DNA from: Bacillota bacterium
GTDB taxonomy: Bacteria; Bacillota; Sulfobacillia; JAMDAP01; JAJYMS01
Length of the DNA stretch: 51,779 nt
Assembly (NCBI GenBank): GCA_021786825.1
Contig: JAJYMS010000111.1
Span: 1-51,779 of the forward strand
Direction: 5' to 3'
A program made the translations under genes and the position numbers. Positions 37,440-47,012 of this stretch are shown here, one piece after another. The notes beneath the pieces were generated by a model. That model made no database searches. It was not told the DNA's origin and saw only the letters and a list, made by a program, of their open reading frames with translations. Numbering within the stretch: position 1 is the first letter of the stretch; each line of letters starts with the position of its first letter.

Positions 37440-38291
37440 GTGACGCTTCGCCTGGGATGTATCGATTACCTGAACACCCTGCCGGTCCAGTTCGGCGTCG
37501 AGACCGGCGTGGTCCCCTGCGCCGCCCGCCTGGTGAAGGGAACCCCCGCCGAGCTCAACGAGCTCTTTGGGCAGGGGAAGGTCGACGCCGCTCCCATCTC
37601 CTCCATCCAGTACGCCCGGTTGCACCGGGAGGCCCTGGTCCTGCCGGGGCTTTGCGTGGCCGCGGCCGGCGAGGTGCGAAGCATCCTGCTCTTCTCCCAC
37701 CGCCCGCCCCGGGAGCTCGAGGGAGGTGAGGTGGCCTTGACCACCGCCTCGGCCACCTCCGTCGTCCTGGCGCGGATCCTGCTGGAGCGTTACTACCGGG
37801 TCGCGGTGGGCTATCGGGCGGCGAGGCCGATCCTGCCCGAGATGCTGGAACGGGCGGAGGCGGCCCTGCTGATCGGGGACGACGCTCTGCGCGCCGCCGA
37901 GGAGGAGCGCCGGCGGGGGGAACTGGTCATCACCGACCTGGGGGAGGCTTGGCGGGAGTGGACCGGGGAAGCGATGGTCTACGCCCTCTGGGCCGTCCGG
38001 GAGGAGGTCGCCGTCCGCCAGCCGGCCGAGTTGGCTGCCTTGGCGGGGGCCCTGGCGACCAGCCTGCAGTACGGCCGGTCGCACCGGGAGGAGCTGGTGG
38101 GCTACGGAGCCGGGCGGGCGGGGCTGCCGCTGCCCACGGTGCGGCGTTACTTTGATACCATCGAGAACGAATTAACCCCCGCTCTGGAGCGGGGACTGAT
38201 GACCTACTTCCGGTGGGCGCTGGCGGTCGGAGCGTTACCGGACCTGCCTGGGTTGCGGTTCTGGGTTCCCCGGGAGGAGATGGTCGGGTGA
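37440..38291 (+). CDS. mqnA: Chorismate dehydratase
   Basis: LGCIDYLNTLP, SATSVVL, LLIGDDAL, DLGEAWREWTG..MVYALW. Confidence 0.92.
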   Translation: MTLRLGCIDYLNTLPVQFGVETGVVPCAARLVKGTPAELNELFGQGKVDAAPISSIQYARLHREALVLPGLCVAAAGEVRSILLFSHRPPRELEGGEVALTTASATSVVLARILLERYYRVAVGYRAARPILPEMLERAEAALLIGDDALRAAEEERRRGELVITDLGEAWREWTGEAMVYALWAVREEVAVRQPAELAALAGALATSLQYGRSHREELVGYGAGRAGLPLPTVRRYFDTIENELTPALERGLMTYFRWALAVGALPDLPGLRFWVPREEMVG

Positions 38292-39418
38292 GCGGGGGAG
38301 AAGGGGTCCGGGTCAGTCCTGTCGTTCTCCGGGTCGCCCCGGAGCTGGGCGAAGTCGTCCGGAAGGTCCAGGCGGGGGAGCGCCTGGGGCCCCAGGACGG
38401 GCTCCTCCTGATGCGGACGGAGAACCTGATGGCGGTCGGCCAACTGGCCAACGAGGCGCGCCGCCGGCGGGCGGGGAACCGCGTCTATTTCAACAACAAC
38501 GCCCATATCAACTACTCCAATGTCTGCGCCATCCACTGCCGGTTTTGCGCCTTCGGCCGGGCCCGGCAGGAGCCCGGGGCCTACACCATGACCCGGGGGG
38601 AAATCCTTGAACTGGCCCAGACCTACGCCCAGGCCGGCGTCACCGAACTGCACATCGTGGGGGGTAACCACCCCGATCTCCCCCTGGAGTTTTTCGAAGC
38701 GACCCTCCGGAGCCTGCGCGAGGCCCTCCCGGCGGTGCACCTGAAGGCCCTCACGGCGGTGGAGATCGACCACCTGGCGAACCTGGCGGGAATAGGCCCC
38801 GAGGCGGTCCTGCGGCGGCTGCAGGCCGCCGGACTGGGCTCCCTGCCCGGCGGCGGGGCGGAGAATTTCAGCCCCCGCGTGCGGGCCTTGATCTGCCCGG
38901 CCAAGATCTCCGGGCGGCGGTGGCTGGAGATTCACCGCCTGGCCCACGGCCTGGGGATCCGTTCCACCGCCACGATGCTTTACGGGACGGTGGAGACCGC
39001 GGAGGAGGTCATCGATCACCTGCTGGCCCTGCGGGAGCTGCAGGACCAGACCGGAGGGTTCCAGGCCTTCGTTCCGCTGGCCTTTCATCCCCGGAACACC
39101 GGCCTGGACTACCTCCCCGGCCCGACCGGCCAGGACGACCTGCGGATGGTGGCCGTGGCCCGGCTGATGCTGGACAATTTCAAGTACCTCAAGGCCTACT
39201 GGGTGATGCTCACCCCGCGGCTGGCCCAGGTCGCCCTTGCCTTCGGGGCCAACGACCTGGACGGGACGGTGCGCCGGGAGCGCATCTCCCACGAGGCCGG
39301 GGCGACCAGTCCCCAGGAACAGACCAAGGAAGATTTCCTGCGCGCGATTCGCGAAGTCGGGCTCGTTCCCGCCGAGCGGGACACCCTCTATCGCGTCGTC
39401 CGGGAGTATCCCGCGTGA
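38288..39418 (+). CDS. mqnE: Aminofutalosine synthase-like radical SAM enzyme (copy 2)
   Basis: SNVCAIHCRFCAF, ELHIVGG, ALTAVE, PGGGAE, FHPRNT, LKAYW, DLDGT. Confidence 0.85.
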   Translation: MSGGEGVRVSPVVLRVAPELGEVVRKVQAGERLGPQDGLLLMRTENLMAVGQLANEARRRRAGNRVYFNNNAHINYSNVCAIHCRFCAFGRARQEPGAYTMTRGEILELAQTYAQAGVTELHIVGGNHPDLPLEFFEATLRSLREALPAVHLKALTAVEIDHLANLAGIGPEAVLRRLQAAGLGSLPGGGAENFSPRVRALICPAKISGRRWLEIHRLAHGLGIRSTATMLYGTVETAEEVIDHLLALRELQDQTGGFQAFVPLAFHPRNTGLDYLPGPTGQDDLRMVAVARLMLDNFKYLKAYWVMLTPRLAQVALAFGANDLDGTVRRERISHEAGATSPQEQTKEDFLRAIREVGLVPAERDTLYRVVREYPA

Positions 39419-40512
39419 TCGGGCCGCCACGAATGCTTGGGCCTGACGCTGGCGCGGTCCTGGAGAAGGCCCTGGACGGCCGGCGGCTGGAGGTGGAGGA
39501 GGGCCTGAGCCTCTTGCAGGCGGCGGATCTGGCCGAACTGGCGGCCGCGGCCGGGGAGGTGGCCCGGCGGCGCCACCCCGACCGGACGGTCACCTTCGTG
39601 GTGGACCGCAACATCAACTACACCAACATCTGCGTGACCCGGTGCCGCTTTTGCGCTTTTCACCGTTCCGCCGGCGACCCTGATGCCTATGTGCTCCCGC
39701 TGGAGGAAATTCTGGCCAAGGTGGAGGAGGCGGTCGCCCTCGGGGCCACCCAGCTCCTGATCCAAGGCGGGCACCATCCCACGCTGAAGTTCGACTACTA
39801 CCTGGAGATGTGCCGGCGCATCCGGGACCGCTTTCCCCAGGTGGACGTGCACTCTTTCTCGCCGTCGGAGGTGCTGCACTTCTCGCGCACCTACCGGCTG
39901 CCCGTCCGCCGGGTGCTGGAGGAACTGCGGGGGGCCGGCCTGGCCTCTCTGCCGGGCGGGGGCGCGGAGATCCTGGACGACCGGGTGCGGGGGGCGGTGT
40001 CCCCGGCCAAGAACACCTGGAGTGAATGGATGGGGGTGATGGAGGCAGCCGCCGACCTCGGGTTGAAGGCTACGGCGACCATGATGTTCGGCCACGTGGA
40101 AACCCTGGAGGAACGCATCCTGCACCTGGAGCGGATCCGGCAGGTGCAGGACCGGAAGGGGGTCTTCCGGGCCTTCATTCCGTGGACGTATCAACCCGGC
40201 AACACTCGGCTGGGGGGAACCGCGGCCAGCGCCTTCGACTACCTGCGCACGGTGGCTGTTTCGCGCCTGTACCTGGACAACGTCGAGAACCTGCAGGCGT
40301 CGTGGGTCACCCAGGGGGGCAAGGTGGCCCAACTCTCCCTGGACTGCGGGTGCAACGACTTCGGAGGGACGATGCTGGAGGAGAACGTCGTCCGCTCCGC
40401 CGGGGTGAGTTTCCGCCTGAGCCAGGCGGAGGTGATCGCGCTGATCCGGGGGGCCGGAAGGCAGCCGGCGAAACGAAACACCCGCTACGAAATCCTGGAA
40501 CGGTATGACTAA
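39415..40512 (+). CDS. mqnC: Cyclic dehypoxanthinyl futalosine synthase
   Basis: VDRNINYTNICVTRCRFCAF, QGGHHP, TATMMFG, QASWVTQG, DFGGTMLEENVV. Confidence 0.93.
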   Translation: MIGPPRMLGPDAGAVLEKALDGRRLEVEEGLSLLQAADLAELAAAAGEVARRRHPDRTVTFVVDRNINYTNICVTRCRFCAFHRSAGDPDAYVLPLEEILAKVEEAVALGATQLLIQGGHHPTLKFDYYLEMCRRIRDRFPQVDVHSFSPSEVLHFSRTYRLPVRRVLEELRGAGLASLPGGGAEILDDRVRGAVSPAKNTWSEWMGVMEAAADLGLKATATMMFGHVETLEERILHLERIRQVQDRKGVFRAFIPWTYQPGNTRLGGTAASAFDYLRTVAVSRLYLDNVENLQASWVTQGGKVAQLSLDCGCNDFGGTMLEENVVRSAGVSFRLSQAEVIALIRGAGRQPAKRNTRYEILERYD

Positions 40513-40515
40513 AGG

Positions 40516-40545
40516 AACGGCCCCGGGGAGGGGCCGCTCTTCCTT
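40516..40545 (+). terminator. Hairpin between convergent mqnC and DUF1540 genes
   Basis: CGGCCCC-N5-GGGGCCG followed by a pyrimidine tract. Confidence 0.5.
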
Positions 40546-40768
40546 ACTGCTTGGCGTTCTTGGAGACGAAAGTTCTACAGCAGGTGTGTTCCGAGGTAGT
40601 CGCCCGCGGACGTGCCGTCGATCCGACGGTGCCCACCTCCATGGTCGCGCCGCCGGGGGCGGCGGTCCGGTTGTGCTCTACCATGATTCTGTCGGCCTTG
40701 CAGCGATCCCCGCTCCCCCAGTAGTGGCAGGCGTCGACAATGCAGCCGATCTCCTGGCTACCAGCCAT
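40544..40768 (-). CDS. DUF1540 domain protein (second)
   Basis: IGCIVDACHYW...CKADRIMV...TCCRTF; RBS AAAGGAGGTG. Confidence 0.88.
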   Translation of the reverse strand: MAGSQEIGCIVDACHYWGSGDRCKADRIMVEHNRTAAPGGATMEVGTVGSTARPRATTSEHTCCRTFVSKNAKQ

Positions 40769-40789
40769 GGCTTCACCTCCTTTCCCAGG

Positions 40790-40819
40790 CATTATTGCCC
40801 AACCGCGGCCGGTTCATTC
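40790..40819 (-). promoter_or_regulatory. SigG/SigF-like forespore promoter
   Basis: Minus strand GAATG-N18-AATAATG. Confidence 0.5.
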
Positions 40820-40915
40820 GGTGCGCAGCGGTGGGACGACCGCCCGGCAAAGAGGAAATCGGCCGTGGCTGTAGAATTTTCCTGGGGTTTCAGCCGGGGG
40901 AGGTAGCTTGGCCGC

Positions 40916-41593
40916 ATGACCGGTACGGTGATCAACACTTTAGCCATCGTCGCGGGTTCCCTGTTGGGCAGCTTCGTGCTGCGCGGCGTCCCGGAAGGGA
41001 TCAAGGTTACGGTCATCAAGGGCATCGGGCTTTCGGTAGCGCTGATCGGCCTTTCCATGGGCCTGGGGGGCAAGGAGCCGCTGGTGCTGATCGGAAGTCT
41101 CGCCCTGGGCGGGGTGGCGGGGGAAGGACTGCGCCTGGACGACCGCCTGAACGCCCTGGGGGAGCGCCTGCAGGCGCGCTGGGGCGGGGTGGGCGGGCAG
41201 TTCGCGCAGGGGTTCGTGACCGCCAGCCTGGTCTACTGCGTCGGGGCCATGGCGGTGATGGGAGCGCTCCAGGACGGCCTTTCCGGCGATTACAGCATCC
41301 TGCTGGCCAAGTCGATGTTGGACGGGATCACCGCCGTGTTCTTCTCCGCCGCGATGGGGGTTGGAGTGGCTTTCTCCGCGATCCCGGTGTTCCTCTATCA
41401 GGGGGGCATCGCGCTGCTGGCCGGCTGGGTCAAGGGCGCGCTGAGCGAACCGGTCGTGCGGGAGATGACGGCCGTGGGCGGGCTCCTGATCCTGGGTATC
41501 GGGCTCAACTTGCTGGAGGCGGCGAGGGTAAAGGTGGCCAACCTGCTTCCCGCCATCCTGGTCGCGGCGGCCTGGATGCGGCTCAAGGGTTGA
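40916..41593 (+). CDS. DUF554 family membrane protein
   Basis: GTVIN, YCVGAMAVMG, KSMLDG, YQG, KVANLLP. Confidence 0.92.
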   Translation: MTGTVINTLAIVAGSLLGSFVLRGVPEGIKVTVIKGIGLSVALIGLSMGLGGKEPLVLIGSLALGGVAGEGLRLDDRLNALGERLQARWGGVGGQFAQGFVTASLVYCVGAMAVMGALQDGLSGDYSILLAKSMLDGITAVFFSAAMGVGVAFSAIPVFLYQGGIALLAGWVKGALSEPVVREMTAVGGLLILGIGLNLLEAARVKVANLLPAILVAAAWMRLKG

Positions 41594-41644
41594 TCGGCTG
41601 GGGGGGTGTCTCCCTGGTGCGTCCCGCCGGGCGGTGGCGGGCCA

Positions 41645-41824
41645 CTACCGGGAGATTCCCCAGATGACCAGCAGCGGAACGAAGACTACCGCCGCCGCCA
41701 GCAGGAACACCCCCACCGCGCCGCGGCGGTTTTTCTTGCGCCAGAGCAGCCAACCGAAGCTGGCCGTGTAGGTCGTAACCCAGCTTATCGTTACCAACCC
41801 CACGATGATCGATAAGGCGGCCAC
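41645..41824 (-). CDS. Small (59 aa) two-TM protein at the end of the ger operon, not in the ORF track
   Basis: AAAGGAGG upstream; GTG start; AALSIIVGLVTISWVTTYTASFGWLLWRKKNRRGAVGVFLLAAAVVFVPLLVIWGISR-stop. Confidence 0.75.
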   Translation of the reverse strand: MAALSIIVGLVTISWVTTYTASFGWLLWRKKNRRGAVGVFLLAAAVVFVPLLVIWGISR

Positions 41825-41843
41825 CGCGGACGCGGACCTCCTT

Positions 41844-43145
41844 TCAACGGGTCACCTCGTCGATGGGGTGGAAGTGAACGGGGGCAAAGTGGAACCCCTC
41901 CCGCCGGATGTTGACCTTAACTTCGAGGTTGAACTCCGCCTCGCCATAGTGATCCAGCCACCTGGCGGCCTTCCAGTCCGTCCAGCGCAGAAAGTTGTGC
42001 CGGGCGCGGTCACCGAAACCGAAGACGTCCGCGTTCCACTGCTGGGTCTTGCGCACCGTTTCCCGGCCGAGGTCCTGGATTTTTTGCGCCGCCGCCTGCT
42101 CCAAAAGCTTCCGATTTTCCGGCCGGGAGTAGTCCGTGGTGCCCTCGACGGAGGCCGCTTCGGCGTCAAAGACGAGCCGCACGCTGATCCGGGGCCGACC
42201 CCTTCCATCCCATTCGATGTGGATCGAGGGCCGCCTGCCGGGGCGGAGGTCCAGGGTGGCGTTCTTGCCCTCCACCGGTTCCGTCACCGTGAACATGCAC
42301 CGGCGGAATTCGCCCCGGATCATCGCGAGCGCCCGGGTCTCGTCCCCGTCCAGGGTGCCCACCAGGCGGTCGTCGTGAAAAACCGCGGTTCCCATGAACT
42401 GCACCGGGGTGACGGCGGTGGCGGGCACGTCGCCCGCTTGGTAGCTGCCTTCGTCCGGCGGGCTGCGGTCGGGCTGGCCGGTTTCCCGCGCCCTCGCAAA
42501 GGGGGCCACCAGGACGGCGATGGGGTCGTGCCCGGAGCTTTCGGTCTCCACGATGAACTGCTGGACCTGGCTGCGGAGAATGAAGCCGGTGTAGTTGTAG
42601 GAGGAGAGGATGCTGTTCAGGTACTTCGCCGGGCTTTTCTCCAGTCTGGGGCGCAAGGCACGGACGAAGTCCTCCGCCCGCCCCTTGCTGACCAGCAGGT
42701 AGGCCGTCCGGCGGAACTCCCGGAAGCGGGCGGTGGCGCCGATGTAGCGGTTCGCGTCGCCCCGGGCGAGGTCCTCGCTGATCACCAGGGCGACCAGGTG
42801 AAGGAGGGTCGCCCGGCGCGAGACGTAGGTGTTGATCATGTCGAGGGCGGCCGGAAGGGAAGGGGCCTCCACTGCCGTCACCACCACCGGGACGCCGCCC
42901 CCGTCACCACCGCCTCCACCCGCGCCCCCGCCACCCCCGCCGACGGCGGCGATCCCCGAGGGGATCGCGATCTGGGCGGTCACCCGGATGGCCTGTTGCT
43001 GGCCCCGGTCGATCCCAACCAGCAAGATGAAACCCAGGTCCTCCAGTTCGCGGCGGTCCCAGCACCCGCTCAGGAGCAGCGTCAATTGTGCGGCCAGCGT
43101 CAGGGCAGCCAAAGCCCGGACCAGCCCTTTGCGTCTGGCGGGCAG
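41844..43145 (-). CDS. gerKC: Ger(x)C spore germination receptor lipoprotein
   Basis: LLLSGCWDRREL, VGID, DVFGFG. Start placed at CTG 43145; track TTG is 43112. Confidence 0.92.
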   Translation of the reverse strand: MPARRKGLVRALAALTLAAQLTLLLSGCWDRRELEDLGFILLVGIDRGQQQAIRVTAQIAIPSGIAAVGGGGGGAGGGGGDGGGVPVVVTAVEAPSLPAALDMINTYVSRRATLLHLVALVISEDLARGDANRYIGATARFREFRRTAYLLVSKGRAEDFVRALRPRLEKSPAKYLNSILSSYNYTGFILRSQVQQFIVETESSGHDPIAVLVAPFARARETGQPDRSPPDEGSYQAGDVPATAVTPVQFMGTAVFHDDRLVGTLDGDETRALAMIRGEFRRCMFTVTEPVEGKNATLDLRPGRRPSIHIEWDGRGRPRISVRLVFDAEAASVEGTTDYSRPENRKLLEQAAAQKIQDLGRETVRKTQQWNADVFGFGDRARHNFLRWTDWKAARWLDHYGEAEFNLEVKVNIRREGFHFAPVHFHPIDEVTR

Positions 43146-43152
43146 TGCCGAA

Positions 43153-44256
43153 TCACCTCTGTTTCGCGAGTCGGCGCTCCTGCAGGGCCTTAATCGCCAG
43201 CAAGAGCAGGGGGAGGGCGAGGCCGGGAATCCACGCCCACGTTCGCACCAGGCTCTGGTCCAGGTGGACCGCCGCGGAGATATCCTTGGGCCAGAAAGAC
43301 AGGGCGAAGCTGATCACGGCCAAGGGGAAGACCAGCGGCTGGTGCATGGGCAGTTGGAGGAAGCGACCCAGGCTGGCGGCGGCGCCGTAAAGGCTGACGG
43401 ACAGCTTGATCAACCCGCCGATGACCCAGAGCAGGATGAAGATGGCCTCAATGCGTTGCACGAAGCGCCCCAGGTGGATCAGGCGGCTGAGCTGGAAGAC
43501 GGGGAACACCTGGCGTCCGGCGTCCACGACGGAAAACGTCGCCACGAGAATGGCGAGGATAGTGCTGGTGATCAGCGCGTAGGTGAGCAGCGCCAGCGTC
43601 GCCAGGCGCAACGGCCTGGCTTGAGGCCGCAGCAAGGGAAACACCAATCCCAGGATGATGACGTCCCCGAACATAGAGAACCGGAGCGTGGCCGCCAGGA
43701 CCATCCGCCGGGGGTCCGCCCCCAGCGGCGGGAAGAGGCGGTGATAATCGGCCCAGGTCAGGGACAGCGCCAGGATGACCACCACTCCGGCCACGATCCA
43801 GGGGAAGACGAGCCAGGCCATCCGGGCCATGACCTCCATCCCGGCGTACGCTCCGTAAGTGACGGCCGCCATGAAGAGCAGGGCCACCACGCTGACCGGA
43901 GTTTCCGGCAGGGTTTCGGTGACGATGCTTTCGGTGAATTGCCGGAGAATCATGGAAGTTATGCCGATGAAGGTCAGGGCGATCAGGACCGCCGCGACTC
44001 CGCCCAGCCACTTCCCGAGCAGGAGTTCCGAGGCCTCCACGATGGAGAGGCCGGGAAGGCTTCGCAGCAAGACGCAGGTGGCCCAAACGCCCGGAAAGGT
44101 TGACAGGACGGACACGATCGGCATTACCCAGGCCGACGTGCGACCGACCTCGACCATACCCTGGGGAAAGGTGAGAAACACCTTGGTGGTGATGAAGATG
44201 ATGATCAAGACCGTGATTTCGTTGGCTCCCAGGTAACCCTCGTGGGAAGGCCTCAT
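43153..44256 (-). CDS. gerKB: GerAB-family spore germination receptor permease subunit
   Basis: LPETP, GMEVMAR, RFVQRIEAIFILLW; ATGA overlap with gerKA. Confidence 0.92.
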   Translation of the reverse strand: MRPSHEGYLGANEITVLIIIFITTKVFLTFPQGMVEVGRTSAWVMPIVSVLSTFPGVWATCVLLRSLPGLSIVEASELLLGKWLGGVAAVLIALTFIGITSMILRQFTESIVTETLPETPVSVVALLFMAAVTYGAYAGMEVMARMAWLVFPWIVAGVVVILALSLTWADYHRLFPPLGADPRRMVLAATLRFSMFGDVIILGLVFPLLRPQARPLRLATLALLTYALITSTILAILVATFSVVDAGRQVFPVFQLSRLIHLGRFVQRIEAIFILLWVIGGLIKLSVSLYGAAASLGRFLQLPMHQPLVFPLAVISFALSFWPKDISAAVHLDQSLVRTWAWIPGLALPLLLLAIKALQERRLAKQR

Positions 44257-45935
44257 CGCTTCCTTCCGCCACCTTTCGGCGCGCGCCTGGCGCCGGACCC
44301 GGTGGCGGTGGGATCCCAGCGGCGGACGATTTCCGGCTGCCGCACGTCGTCCACCGCGTCCACGTAGCCGGGTCGCAACTCCTGCGCCCAGGCGGGCGGC
44401 CGGGTGAGAAGGTCTCCCTGCCGGGGAATCCAGGGCGCCAGCGGCGCCAGGATCGGGACACCGAAGGACTTGATCTTGGACATCGCGACTGCCTGCACGA
44501 ACAGACCCAGGGAGATACCGAAGAGCCCCACCACCGCTCCCAGGAGCAGGTAGCCAAACCGCAAGACGCGGACAAACAAAGACAGGCCCTGGTTCGGGAT
44601 GGCAAAGGAGGCCAGCCCGGTGATGGCCACCGCGATCACCAGCAAGGGGCTGACGATGTTGGCCGCCACCGCGGCCTGCCCCAAGATGATCGCCCCGACG
44701 ATGCCGATGGTGGGTCCGATGACGGTGGGAATGCGTACCCCGGCCTCGCGGATCAACTCGAAGGCGCCTTCCATCAGCAGCACCTCGCCCACCAGCGGGA
44801 AGGGCACCCGCTCCCGGGAGGAGGCGATGGAAAGCAGCAGGTCGGTCGGGATCATCTCCGGGTGGTAGTTGGTTACGGCGACGTAGATACCCGGCAACAG
44901 GAGGGTCGTAAACCAGGAGACCACTCGGATCAACCGCAGGAAGGTGCCGTAGGGCCACCGGAGGTAGTAGTCCTCGGCTGAGTGCAACATCGCCCAGAAG
45001 GTGGCCGGCACCACGAGGGCAAAGGGACTGTTGTTGGCCAGAATGGCGGCGTGCCCTTCGGACAGGAAGGCGCCTACCCGGTCGGGCCTTTCGGTGGCCA
45101 GAACGGTGGGGACCAGGCTGAAGGGAGAGTCCTCGATCAGCAGTTCCAGCATCCCGCTGTCGCCTACGTAGTCGACCACCTGGGCATCTTTGACGCGCCG
45201 TCGCACCTCGTCAACCAGGTCGGGGTTGACCACGCCGTCAACGTACATGATGGCGCAGTCCGCCTGGCTCAGGCGGCCGACCTTGACCATCTCCGTCACC
45301 AACTGCTGGGTCTGCAACCGTCGGCGGACCAGGGCGGTGTTGGTGCGAAGCGTTTCGGTGAAGCCTTCCTGCGAGCCCCGCACCGCCATTTCCGTCTGGG
45401 GGCGCTGCACCGGGCGCCGGTCGAAGCCCTTGGTCTCCAGGACCAGGCAGCGGGGGTAGCCGTCGATAAAGATGGCCGTGTCGCCGGACAGGATCCCCTG
45501 CAGGACCTTCCGGCGCCGTTCGGCGATCGTGAGCTGGTGGCTGGGCAGCAGGTGGTCCCTGAGAACCTCCCAGGGGTCTCCCCGCACGCTCTCAATCCGG
45601 CTGAGCAGCATCAGCGGCTGCAGGATGGTGGCATTCACCACCAGCTTGTCGACCATCCCGTCCAGCAGCACGGCCGTCGCCCGGATCTCGGGGCGCGTGG
45701 CGAGCTTGAAGTCCCGGAAGATCACGTCGGCGTTGTCCGGGTGGCGTAAGGCCGCCTGGAGCCACCGGCGGTTGTCGTCCAGACTCCTGGACAGGGGGGC
45801 GTCGCGGTCCCATTCGGGAGCTTCCCGTTCGCGGCTGACCTCGGGTGCGCCCGGGTCCCGCAGGGTGAAGGTCTCCTGCAGGATTGAGTCGTCGACCAAC
45901 AGGAGCCGCTTTAGCCGGGGCCACAACGGCACCAT
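44253..45935 (-). CDS. gerKA: GerA-family spore germination receptor A subunit
   Basis: RGSQEGFTE, TERPD, ELIREAGVRIP, GIVGAIILGQAAV; RBS GGAGG. Confidence 0.95.
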   Translation of the reverse strand: MVPLWPRLKRLLLVDDSILQETFTLRDPGAPEVSREREAPEWDRDAPLSRSLDDNRRWLQAALRHPDNADVIFRDFKLATRPEIRATAVLLDGMVDKLVVNATILQPLMLLSRIESVRGDPWEVLRDHLLPSHQLTIAERRRKVLQGILSGDTAIFIDGYPRCLVLETKGFDRRPVQRPQTEMAVRGSQEGFTETLRTNTALVRRRLQTQQLVTEMVKVGRLSQADCAIMYVDGVVNPDLVDEVRRRVKDAQVVDYVGDSGMLELLIEDSPFSLVPTVLATERPDRVGAFLSEGHAAILANNSPFALVVPATFWAMLHSAEDYYLRWPYGTFLRLIRVVSWFTTLLLPGIYVAVTNYHPEMIPTDLLLSIASSRERVPFPLVGEVLLMEGAFELIREAGVRIPTVIGPTIGIVGAIILGQAAVAANIVSPLLVIAVAITGLASFAIPNQGLSLFVRVLRFGYLLLGAVVGLFGISLGLFVQAVAMSKIKSFGVPILAPLAPWIPRQGDLLTRPPAWAQELRPGYVDAVDDVRQPEIVRRWDPTATGSGARRAPKGGGRKR

Positions 45936-45965
45936 GAGGCCTGCCTCCTCCCGCGCATTTCGCCT

Positions 45966-45996
45966 TAGTGTTTGCGCCGGTGATGAGTGGCTATTC
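45966..45996 (-). promoter_or_regulatory. SigF/SigG-like promoter of the ger operon
   Basis: Minus strand GAATA-N19-AACACTA; spacer is 1 nt longer than SigG consensus. Confidence 0.5.
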
Positions 45997-46064
45997 CCCA
46001 GGATTGGGCCGCCCGGGAGGAAAAGCGACGGTCGCTGTCCAAGTTCCAGGTGGGAGGAACACAC

Positions 46065-46955
46065 ATGCCTCGGCCGGAACCCCGCTGGAAGACCTCGCTG
46101 CACCTGCTGATCGCCGCCGGCCTCTTCGCCCTGGTGGGACTCAGCGGGGTGACCGGGTACACCCGCGCGGTCACCAGTTCCGCCGTGGGGATGGACCCCC
46201 GCGACGCCGGACGGGATCCCCGGGCCAGCTTCGACCTGGATGGCGACGGCGTGGCGGAGGAGGTCTTGTACCACGGCGATGCCCGGGCGGGCCTGCTCCT
46301 GGTGGTCCGGCCTCAGCGTCCGCTGCCGCTGGTCCTGGGGGAAGCGCGGGTCCAGGGCCTGTCCCGGCCCTCGGTCTGGGTGGAGTCCACCGTGCCCGGG
46401 CAGGCCGTCATTCACCTGGCGGCGCGTCCGGAGCACCGCGTTCTCCGTTATCGTGTCCAGGGGCAGAGCCTGGAGGAAATCGACTGGCGGCTTTACCTGG
46501 CTCCTCCGGCCGTCGGGCGCGAGCCCTACGCGGTGGTCGACAAGAGCGTCAACCTGGTTTACGTCTACCGGGACGGAGCGCTGCAAGAGAGCTACCGGGT
46601 CGCCACCGGCCGGGATCTCACCGGCCCACCCGGGCCCGATTCGAGCTTCACCCCGGAGGGCCGTTTCACCGTCGTGAACATGCGAAAAAACCCGCCCTGG
46701 TTCGATCGCCGCAGCGGTCGCACCGTGGCCGGGGGAGTTCCGGACAACCCTCTGGGAGCGCGCTGGATCGGCCTGGCGGTCAACGGCGACCAGGGGAACA
46801 TCTACGGCTTACACGGTACCGACGAGCCCGAATCCATCGGGCGGTACGCCTCGGACGGGTGCGTTCGCCTGGACAACCGTGACGTGGTGAGACTCTACGA
46901 CTCCCTGCCCCTGGGCTCCAAAGTGGTGATCATCAACCCCGCCGGCGAGCCCTGA
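46065..46955 (+). CDS. L,D-transpeptidase (YkuD family), exported
   Basis: N-terminal hydrophobic signal; YRVATG, TPEG, NPLGARW, GLHGT...IGRYASDGCVRL. Confidence 0.93.
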   Translation: MPRPEPRWKTSLHLLIAAGLFALVGLSGVTGYTRAVTSSAVGMDPRDAGRDPRASFDLDGDGVAEEVLYHGDARAGLLLVVRPQRPLPLVLGEARVQGLSRPSVWVESTVPGQAVIHLAARPEHRVLRYRVQGQSLEEIDWRLYLAPPAVGREPYAVVDKSVNLVYVYRDGALQESYRVATGRDLTGPPGPDSSFTPEGRFTVVNMRKNPPWFDRRSGRTVAGGVPDNPLGARWIGLAVNGDQGNIYGLHGTDEPESIGRYASDGCVRLDNRDVVRLYDSLPLGSKVVIINPAGEP

Positions 46956-47012
46956 ACTGATCCGCCGCACCACCCCCGGCTGCGCCAGACTGTTGACCAA
47001 GACCCTGGCGGA

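Noticed and set aside
36326-40512. CofH/F420 biosynthesis reading of the three radical SAM genes
   Set aside because: Adjacent mqnA and MqnE/MqnC-type motifs favour the futalosine pathway; no cofG, cofC, cofD or cofE in the window.
42893-42945. Poly-Gly coding tract in gerKC as a contingency repeat
   Set aside because: Mixed codons, in frame; Gly-rich loops at this position are common in GerC proteins.
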